A stretch of 64,000 bases of DNA, taken from Tubulanus polymorphus. Lineage: Eukaryota; Animalia; Nemertea. The translations under genes were made by a program, and so were the position numbers. The notes under the pieces were generated by a model. It was not told where the DNA came from. It ran no database searches and saw nothing but the letters and a program-made list of their open reading frames with translations. The stretch is taken from contig NC_134032.1 of NCBI RefSeq assembly GCF_964204645.1, positions 434,001 through 498,000 of the forward strand. The letters run 5' to 3'. Shown here one piece after another: positions 53,690 to 64,000 of this stretch (the stretch's first letter is position 1; every line of letters starts with the position of its first letter).

Positions 53690-54090
53690 CTACGTTTGGT
53701 CGGACCGCGCGCCGATGAGAATCATTTCATACGCCTGGCCCTTATTAGATAAACGGCCCCTGTGTGTATCGTAAAAAAATGCACTTCGTTTTCTTAGGTT
53801 GGAATCAGAGGTTGAATTTGAATTGAATCGGGAATCGGTGTAATAATTGTATACCTTCTCCTTCTCCTCATTCTGCCGGGAGGAGACGGGGAATGAAGAC
53901 TCATAAATGTACGCGCCATCCTCCGCTTTAATCCTCTTCTGGTATTTCAGGCTACTGTGAGAGCTGCAATACCCCGCAATATCCGTCCAATTATTCACTA
54001 AATGAAGCTGAAATTTAGAGAAGGGTCATTCTTAGGAATCCGCAGACCTCTTGCTCCTGCCCTGAGAAGCCAGGTGCCCTCTCATATGGA
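53690..54090 (-). mobile_element. Possible LTR retrotransposon gag remnant
   Basis: PGFSGQEQEVCGFL...KFQLHLVNNWTD is a gag-like pattern across a frameshift. Confidence 0.35.
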
Positions 54091-56619
54091 AAATTAAAAT
54101 CGGGTTCTGTGAATATGTAGAGCGCGCGGTGTGACCGCTGCAGCCTGTAGGCATCGCGTTGTGGGCGAAAATGAAAACTTCTGGCGGATAATTTGGCGAA
54201 CCGATGCGGCAATGTAAATCTACACGCAGTATATTTCTATTATTAGTTATCATATTTCAAACATATTATTATTACCGGTATCACCAAAGAGTTACAAATC
54301 TGGGATTGTAACAGTAGAATCTGTTTGCAATTTCATTTCTCGAGTCCATTTTAAAGACTAACCCCTTGTAAGCAACCCCCGCCCCTATTCTTCTAAGTTT
54401 AAGCACTAAATGTAGTATGTTCGGCCTGCCAAATTTGTAACATATCCGTAACTGATGCCAGTACAGTCGTCAAAACCATTGAAGTCCGTCCCGAATTTTA
54501 AGTCGAATTCATTAGGTCATATTGAAAATGTTTCAGGCCATTATCCTTTACAAACTCTCAGCATTGTTGAAATTACAAAATTCATTGTTCTTAAAAGATC
54601 CATCTCAGTATTTCAAAATCGAGAATTTGTTTCAAAAAAAATTAGAAGACACGTTTCGATCTCAAGAGACCATTGTCCGGTGTGAGATTATATGACTGAA
54701 AAGAGGGCTATAGGCCTACAGGGAGAGAACAGGTTAATTACTGAGTAGCCTACGGTAAGCTTATGTAAAATGGCAAGTAAAATACTGGTAAGATTCAAGA
54801 ATAGGGGACTAGTGGTTAGGATTAGGGTTAGGATTAGGGTTAGGGTTAGGTTTAGTTCCCTAATCATCATTAATTACTATATACATTACTATCATTATAT
54901 ATCATCATTATCAATTACTAATATTATTACTTAATTGATTACTATCACTACATATATATTGCTATAGTCCCCTATTCTTGAATCGCACCAAAATACTTAG
55001 AAAGAAGGGAATTATGCGTAGAAAAGCATTTGTAAGTTAACTTATTGTAAAACATTCCTTGAAAAAAGTCTCCCAGTTACTGGTAAAAGACAAATAATAA
55101 ACCAGACACTAAAAACATGTTGGGTTCTTTCCTTTTTTATTTTTACACCATTTATACAATATTTATCATATCATACAAGTCTAAATTATATTTACATGAA
55201 GACCAAAAGATATTAATACCTGTCGATTGGTGACGTCGTGAATCATCGTAACTATTTCACAACTGGCAGCTTGAAACATACAGAGAAACAATGGAGAATG
55301 CAAGATTGGTCCAATTATTCATTCTTCCGATGACTGACTAGGAAATGATGAACTGGTTTTCAGAAGCTTGGAGTAAAACTCCAGCGGTCGAAGTAAAGAA
55401 ATATGAAAATCAATGGCACCGTTCAATCAACATTAACAAACCTGTGTGACCACAGTCGTCACGCTCAATTGAACAAGTAGAAAAATGTCACCAGTCGAAG
55501 CGAAGATTTCTTTCCAGCCCTAGGGTAAAGGAATTGCGTGTTGGCCCATAGTTAGTTCGCCCGTCAGTGCTGGAGAATTGCCGTACATAACCACAAGAGA
55601 TATTCAGGGACCGGTTGCACAGTCATGGCTTAGACTTAAGACCAGTCTAAGACCAACTTTTTTCTATAGCTATTCGAACGAATTAAGACCGGTCTCAAGA
55701 TTTAAGATCACTTTTGGACTTCAGTCACGACTGTGCAACTGGCCCCAGGGGATTTACAAACTTCGAGGGTCTGTCATGTGTTTGACCACCAATAGAGGGT
55801 GTTAAGTGTGTTTGGTTGAGCACCGATAGAGATTAGCAGTCAGTAACCTGTCCGGTGGTCGGATATTTTCACAAACCACATGGTTCGGTATAAGCCTAAG
55901 CCCCATCCGACTATAAAAGCTTACCACCAACGATTAGGTAACAAACTACAATAGAGATGCAGCAAGACCTCTCTAGAGGGAAAGGCATTTTCCGTAACTT
56001 GTGGTTACTTAGCTTTGACTGATGAAATTCTGCGAAGCTGATCGAAGGTCGATGTTTAATGAACTGGGGGATTATGATATTCTATATATTGATTATATAT
56101 ATATATATTAATATTTATATTTGGTAGATATATTATTTAAGTACTGGTCACGTATCATACAGACACAATATCGAAAAATATATATTATTTTTACTCTATT
56201 TCGGACTAGACAACGATTCATAACGGCAGAAACAATAACTAATACTCTGTTCAAATCATCAACATCATTTAAAAAGATGACTTGATTTTTTTTCATACTT
56301 TCAATTGAAAATCTGCAATACATGATACGAGTACAATATCTGAAATTATGCCCCTATAACTAGACGATGCATGTACCTTTTAGTTATTAAGTTCGCGCCT
56401 TTTGACTGAGATAAACATCATAAAACGATTTGATTCAGAGTCCCAATTGACTCTGCTGCTGATTTCATTCTGGCTCGAGTGATTGCGGAATACTCTTCTG
56501 GCCAGAATTAACGATAAATTTAGAGGTGAAACTGAACTTTGTAGATACAGATATGGTGGAAGCAGAATCTCGTTTAAGAAGACAATTCAATCAATTTCAA
56601 TATTGGGTATAATGAGTTA

Positions 56620-56930
56620 AAACGAACAGATTATCTGGTCTCCTGAAGTTTGTTGTGACAAGGTTCCGTTCCACTAGAACTATCAGTTATAACGAACAGA
56701 CTTTCTGTACCCCTGAAGTTGGTTGTAACAAGGTTCCACTAGAACTATCGGTTATAACGAACAGATTTTCTGTTCCCCTGAAGTTCGTTGTAACAAGGTT
56801 CCACTAGAACTATCGGTTATAACGAACAGATTTTCTGTTCCCCTGAAGTTCGTTGTAACAAGGTTCCACTAGAACTATCGGTTATAACGAACAGATTTTC
56901 TGTTCCCCTGAAGTTCGATGTAACAAAGGT
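56620..56930. repeat. 65-bp minisatellite, ~4.7 copies
   Basis: aacgaacaga recurs at 56691, 56756, 56821 and 56886. Confidence 0.92.
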
Positions 56931-59040
56931 TACCCTAAATGTATACACATACTATATCTATTGGCAGTGAAATAAATGTACCTAAAAAGATAAGTACAGA
57001 TGCACTCTGATAGTACCGGTATTTGCAATAACTGTTTCGTCAATTTCTAACCAGCCCCCAAACCAGCCAAAATGGCAGAAAACCCTTCACTATTCAACAC
57101 TGCGCTCAGACTAAAATTGTGTTAAAAGTTTAGACTGCTCATAAGTTGTTAGCTTTGCTACAGGAGCAAGTTGAGAGACTGGTCTCGAATGCGCTACTGG
57201 CCTCGGAAAACTGTGTTATACACTAATGAGCGCTACCTTGATTGCAGATTTTGTTAATTCTTCGCTGATTGATTACTGAATAGAATTTTAATCCCTAACA
57301 ATTAAACAACAAATAAAAACGTAACGTTATTTTCTGAATCCAGTTCCGCAGTTGTGAGTTAACCCTTTCAGTGCGGTGTATAAATCGGTGATGGATTTTG
57401 TAGTGCGGTGTATTGATGTAATAAGTAATTAGTTTTTAGTTCTATTGAAAGATGGCAGCACCTGTCAAACATAGTGAAATATTTGTAACTAACGATACAC
57501 CGCGCCGCGGTGTAGACGTACTATAGTGGTATTCCCGTTATTCAACACACTAGGGTGTAATTTTACAAAGTTTTCAAATCATCTTCAGCACTATAGGGTA
57601 TCAATTAGTCAGCACTGAAAGGGTTAACAGTTAACTTCGAGTTAAGATTAGTTCACAAGCTCAGAACCGCGGAATCGGGTCCAGTTATCCTAAGCTTAAA
57701 CAGTTCGAAACAAATCGATAATATAGTTAACAGCGTCTAAAAGATTTACACAGAGCTTATAAAGAAAATATGCCCTATTGATTGTTTATTGAGACAATAC
57801 ATGAACTGTGTGAGCTGCGCCAGATTTAAAATCCCTCTCGAGCCTTCCTGAGTTGGACCAGCTCGCGATCAGCTGCTTTTAACGTCAATTTCATCCCATA
57901 TCCTTCGAGCGTCAAGAGATTCGATTATAGTAAATGATTCCCGTTCGCCACAGAAGTCAGCCGTATTTCCAGTTTATTTTTTTCTGCGCGTACGAACCAA
58001 TCTTTTCGCGTTCCTTTGTATTGATAGCTTTTAAACCATAACCGACAAATCACAGAAGACTCTTATTAATCATTATTCCGGGTTGGTCCGACCGTTGGTC
58101 CGACCGGTGGTCCGGCGACCTCGTACAACACACGTATCACATTACGACAATAGTTGAGTATATCCGATTTATTTGATACAGTTTTATCTACTCTGAAACC
58201 ATTTTCGCTCAGCGCTCGGCAGTGGCAAGATCTGAAAGTAGAAACAACCACAATTCCGCGTGAATATCATAGCCAGAATTCAGCTATATATGTTTCGCAG
58301 TTATAGGATTTCTACTTATTATTGAAAGCACAATTACGACAAATAAGACAACTACTACAGAAATGTCACTTTCCCCTCATTTACAAATTCCACGAGTTTT
58401 CACTGATTTGTCCATGTTTTGGGATCATTCATTTATTATGTTCGCATAAAATTTGAATTTTTCAACCCCCCTCCCCCCCTGAACGCAAAATCGGCCATTT
58501 TTTCATATACATTAAGCATTACAATACGCAATTGCACTGACCCCTCCCCCCTCCCCTAATGCGTACGTAATAAATGAATGACCCCTTTAGACAAAATGAG
58601 ATTAAGTTGACACCAAAAATTGTAATTCAATTCAAAATGAACTAGAAATTATTCTGGTTGAGCTCTTAACCATCTACACCACAGTACGGTGTATAATTCA
58701 GAACGAGAGTTTGTGAGTACATCGCATCACAGTTGTATTGATATCATTAGTAATTAGTTCTTGTCTCTATTGAAAGAGCGCCTGCCAAACATAGTGAAAT
58801 ATTAGTTACTAACAATACGTCGCACTGTGGTGAAGACACACTGTAGTGGTATGCCATTATACACCGCACCTGGGTGGAATTTTAGAAATTTTCAAATCAT
58901 CTCCAGCATTAATTAGTCAGTACTGAAATAGTTTTAGAAGAGCAGAAACAGTGGTCGTGCTCAGGTCATGGTCTTTAAGGGATGAATTCGATAAAGATCT
59001 AACTCCACGTACTGTATAACTATAACTGGTTTAATCTTGA

Positions 59041-61177
59041 CTAGTCGTCGAATTGATCTCCGCGTACGAGCTGAGACTGATGGTAGCGCCCTCTCTCCGC
59101 GAAATCATCGTTATCTTCCGTAAGTTGAGCGGCCATCGTGTTCATAGCCGGAGTGTTTGGAGTGACGACTATTTGTTCCGGAGGCGGAGGACCTCTGCTG
59201 AAATCAGAAAAACATCCGTGTCGTATTCAACTTCGCTTGCTAACGGTCCGCCGCAGCTGAGCGAACTGTTAATTGCTTAACTTACCGGCAGCAGTTTTGA
59301 AAACGTTCTTTTAACCAGATCCACAAATTAAAATCAGCGATGCCTAAAAAGTATGATACAAATGTGTGTTGTACATGAATACCAGAAATTGATTATACAG
59401 TAGACCTGATTGTGGGGTTTGTACAGTGGTAGTCCCATGATGTCATCAGGTGTAGATGCACTGTAGATGCACTGTTAGTGCACTGTTAGTGCACTGTCCC
59501 CTGCCCTGGGAGGAACATGGCCGAGTCCCATGATGCCAGCCGGTTTGAATCCCTGCTGAAGGAAGAACATGACAGAGTCTCACGATCTCATCAGGTTCAG
59601 ATCCCTGCCAAGGGAGGAATGCGGCAAAGTTTTATGATGCCATCAGGTTCAAATCCCTGCCAAGGAAGGAATGTGGCGGAGTTTCATGATGCCATCAGGT
59701 TTGAATCCCTGCTGAGACAGGATCTTGGCAGAGCCTCGCGATGCTATCAGATTCGAATGCAAGTCGAGGGAGGATACTTAGGTACTCGCTACACTCAGTA
59801 GGTTGGCTTCATATGTACAGAATTTCACTATCGTTTTTGATACTGATCGAGTAATGCGACCTACCTGGAAACACTCCAGGATTTGTTTTTGTAATATAGA
59901 AATATATGACGATGGTGACTAAAATGGTGGCTAGTGCGTAAATCCACATGATGGCGAACATGATGACGAAACAAGCGAACATCTGAATAACGAGAAAATA
60001 AACATGATACAAGTTTAATTCTGACCGAATGAGAAACATAGGGGAGAGAGAGAGAGAGAGAGTGAGAGTGCAGCTTACCCCGAATATAGAGAGCCACCTA
60101 TTGCAGAGGAATGAGTACCACGATCGAGGTAATTTAACAATCTCTGTGTTTACTTTTTTCTTAGTTTCACCTTCTGTATCAAAAACAAAGAAAGAACAAC
60201 CGATTTTTGTTTTATAGATATCTTTCAGGAAAAAAATAACACACTGAATTTTGCAGTTGATCGTGGCAACAGAATATGCCAAGGTATTAAAATGATATGG
60301 AAACAGTAAGTAATTCCGCTATTCAACACCCCCTGGTGACCATATGCAAAAACCGATGACGTTGAAACTCACTTTTATCATAGAACATGTCACGAGCAAC
60401 AATTATTCGTTCAACATGTCAAGACCTACAACTTGGCAATTGATTATGGTAACAATATATCCATCGATACCAATATAATATAGAAATACTAAGTTGTACT
60501 ATTGAATGCCCCCTAGTGACCATAAAGAATAACTTATGTCCTTGAAACTCACCACAATCATAGAACATGCCATGAGCTACAACTTTGCAATTGATTGTGG
60601 TTACAAAATATTTATAGGTACCAATACGAATAGACAAATAGTGTCATATTTCGAATGAGGCTCATAAATGGTAGTCCAAATTCCCCGTGTATATATAAGG
60701 CTTACCTTTACCCCCTAGAAGTTTCGAGGTATCGTCTAGATGACTATCAATCGACCCGCTGCGATCGATCTCCGAATCTCCGCTCGGCTGTCGTTTAATT
60801 TGCGGCTGCGTCGGATCGATACGAACTCGTTCGGGAAACAACGTGTCCAAATCGTTATTTTTATCCTTCGTTTTCGCGATCGTCGCTCCGTAGCCAGCGT
60901 GCGCCGCCGCCGAGTCTGTCACCGCGCCGTTCGAGTCCGTACGGGTAATTACCTTACCGTTGACGGGCTGGCGGCCGGAGAAGCGTTCCTCGCGCGTTTT
61001 CTGGATGTCGAAGCTCATCGCCAACGCGAAGTACGCGTAGTCGACGGCCGCGTACGTCAACATGAACGGCATCGTGACGATCGGACCGAGCGTGTTCACC
61101 TCTCCGAATAGAATAAACACCAGACTGATCAACGTGATCACGATCAACGAATAAACGGGAACTTTGTTCGGACCGCG
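59041..61177 (-). CDS. SLC12A8: Solute carrier 12A8 (cation-chloride cotransporter family), 3' exons 61177-60706, 60173-60079, 59982-59865, 59343-59286, 59197-59041; upstream exons not identified
   Basis: RGPNKVP...GEVNTLGPIVTMPFMLTYAAVDYAYF, WYSFLCNRWLSIFG and C-terminal QLTEDNDDFAERGRYHQS are characteristic of SLC12A8; exon phases are consistent. Confidence 0.9.
59515..59770 (+). repeat. ~54-bp tandem array with tRNA B-box-like cores
   Basis: About 5 units, each ending catcaggttcgaatccctgc-like. Confidence 0.6.
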
Positions 61178-64000
61178 CTGAAATTCGATAAAATAAACTT
61201 GTTTAGAAATCGAACGATAACCGCACTCAAACGTGGTGAATGGATAATAAGATAAAAACCCACTATTTACAAATAGTTTTTCTTTGCTTATCTTTTTGAT
61301 TTTCTTTTAATCTGTAGATAGTGGGTTTTTATCTTATTCGTTAGTAAGAATCAGGGGCCGGTTGCATAGTCATGGCGTAGACTTAAGACCAGTCTTAAGA
61401 GTTAAGACCACTTTTGGACTTAAGTCACGACTGTGCAACTGGGTCCTAGGCTGCAGTTGTTCAAAAGCTGGTTTGAAGAAAACCGGTGGATAAATATAAC
61501 AGCTACAACTTTTAGTTATCACCATTCCAACTATCCGCAGGTTTACTGTAACAAACTTTTGAGCAACTGCAGCCCCTGGACTAGGATCCTGCTCATTACG
61601 GATCGAGACGAATGAGGACTCCGCAAGCGATACACCAGATATCCCACCAGATGGCGTGTGGATATAAATGACAACTTTTGATTATAATTGAGTTTATTTT
61701 CAATCAATTTTCATCTTGAATCCATCTTTTCCTCCAAATCAGAAATTAGCCGAATCACGTCTCTTGTTACAAACTCAGTTCGATCTTAAAGGTTCAAATA
61801 TAACGCCATTAGTATCACTGCCGCCGCAGTACTTGATGGCGGCTTACTGAACACTAGCGACACCTGGTGGATCCTCACTTGCTACAAGTGGAATCCTCTA
61901 CTGGTGGATGATCACTTGTCACAAGTGGAATCTTCTACTGCCGAAGTAGTTGATGTCCTACTGCAAACTTGCAACACCTTGGTTGAAATGATCCGCATTG
62001 AACAGGTTTAAGCATTTTCAAAGCTCACTTGCAAGGAGACCCTTATCAAATTACTTTGCATTTCTTAATACCAACTTAGATCAAATTACTTCTCTTAGTT
62101 TCTTAGCAACATTATAATTATCATATTTTCTTACTCACAACAAACAAAACAAACCAAGTGCACCGCCACAAAGACAAGCCACTCCTTACACCACAAAGAC
62201 AAGTCACCACAAAGATACATTACCTAATTGGAGTAATCAAGATAATTCAACCCACAAAGTTTAAAACAAAGTATTCACTTATATGGAAAATACACATGTA
62301 AGCCATGTTTATTTTGCACACTTCACATGTAAGCCATGTTTGTTTTGCACACTACACATGTAAGCCATGTTTGTTTGCATAAATTTTGTCGTTTCATATA
62401 AGAAGTGGTCGAATTTTTCAGACGTTATTCGTGTGAAGTTTATATTTTTGTAGAAAGGAACTAAATAGCTTTAGCTAAACAACCGATAAAGAGAGTGAAG
62501 TTAGCGAAATAGAGTCGAATTGAGCAGCTCTAAAGAATAAAACTCATAAAACTCTGAACGCATCACACAAACCCATGGCTTACCCCGACACTAATATGTT
62601 CCATTATAGGAATGACCGAACTGGCCCCGACTGCCTGTAAAACCCGTGGGGACCCGGTGACGGCCCCGAGAGCCGCGGACATTGACGACACGTACAAACC
62701 GCACAACCACATAGGCCCGAACACGGCCACCTAGCGGGGTTAACATAAAACACAAACATACGTATTACAAACATAGAATTAATGGGTAAGCAGGAGTGGG
62801 AGGGGTACGACAGAGCTTCTGAAATAAAATACGTGCAATATAAACGTTACGAAATCGAGGGTCGGATCTAGACGCAGGAGCATCTCAACAAATATATTCA
62901 CCGCAAATCAATAAGAAACTTGCATCATTTCGGCAGTTTAACTTTTCCAACAAATGTCGAAATTGTGCCTTTTTTGAAAAAGTGCCCTTAACCCTTTCAG
63001 TGCGTCTACATCGCAGTGCAGTGTATAATTCAGTGATGGATTTTGCTAGTACACCGCGCTGCGGTGTATTGATGTAATTAGTAATTATCTCTCTTGAAAG
63101 ATGGCAGCACCTGTCAAACATAGTGAAATACTAGTAACTAACGATACACTGCACCGCGGTGTAGACGCACTATAGTGGTATTCCCGTTATTCAACACACT
63201 AGGGTGGAATTTTTCAAACTTTTCAAATTATCTCCAGCACTATAGGGTATTGATAAGTCAGCACTGAAAGGGTTTAATGAATGGTCAATCAAAATTCTAA
63301 TCGATCAAACCGAATTATCGTAATACCCCTGCTAGATCCGCCCTTAGATTTCTAAGTACATGCTATATATCAAACATCGTCCTTGAGTGATAACTTTCAG
63401 TTCAACTACTTTCTCATTCTCATCTCCCCCCGGGCATCATTTCACAGAGTTCATCCTAAGTTGTAGTTAGTAAGATCGAGTGCTGTTGCTGTTGTTAGGA
63501 TATTTACGTTTTAGATTCGTACGCAATGCGTCAGAAAAAGTCACCGCGCAGAAGTGACCGTTGACAGTTGGTGAATTGGAGGGTCGAGTTTAGATCATGT
63601 ACGTGCATGCATGTCGTGTGCGTGTGTGGATCAACAATAGCCTTCTTAATTACTCGGAGTAGTTTTTCCACATTCGGCTTTGCATTTTCATCAAACGGTA
63701 CAGCTTAGAATTAACTTAAAGAAAATTGCGCATCGTTTATCGTACCAATTGAAACGCGTTGTACGGTAGGAGTTTAAATTCTTTCCAAAACGCCGATCAT
63801 TATCCGTTTTAAAACGGAAAATAAAAGGAAAATAGACGTTCACGATGTTAAGTTAATTCTAAGCTGTACCGTAATTCTTCCAATAAAGAAATATCTCTTT
63901 TTGTCAATAATTCCACAATCTCATGAAAATAAAGTTCGCCTATTGTTTTTTCAATTTTCCTATCTATCACACATCGAAATATTTCCCTATAAAATTTGTT

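Noticed and set aside
54812-54852. TTAGGG-like run as a telomere or fusion site
   Set aside because: Short, degenerate and embedded in a small inverted-repeat element.

Overview
AT-rich, intron-containing genomic DNA from an invertebrate animal (host not identifiable from sequence), with no prokaryotic features. Genes: a truncated 4-exon EEF1D-like gene (-), an intronless class A GPCR (-), a 3-exon ~1950-aa CUB/C-type lectin/LDLa/LRR GRL101-like receptor (+), two paralogous 2-exon genes of an unrecognised family (+), a small secreted six-Cys defensin/anemone-toxin-like precursor (-), a >=10-exon RS-rich BCLAF1/THRAP3-like gene with a transformer CAM-like motif and a LOTUS-like exon (-), and the 3' part of SLC12A8 (-). 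The background is MITEs, LINE/LTR/SINE/Penelope remnants and satellites. Main observation: two decayed, complementary copies (15.1-16.1 kb and 32.2-33.2 kb) of a Polinton/Maverick-type family B DNA polymerase fragment carrying a LAGLIDADG intein directly before the catalytic TDS motif. All family assignments rest on motif recognition by eye and need HMM/BLAST confirmation.
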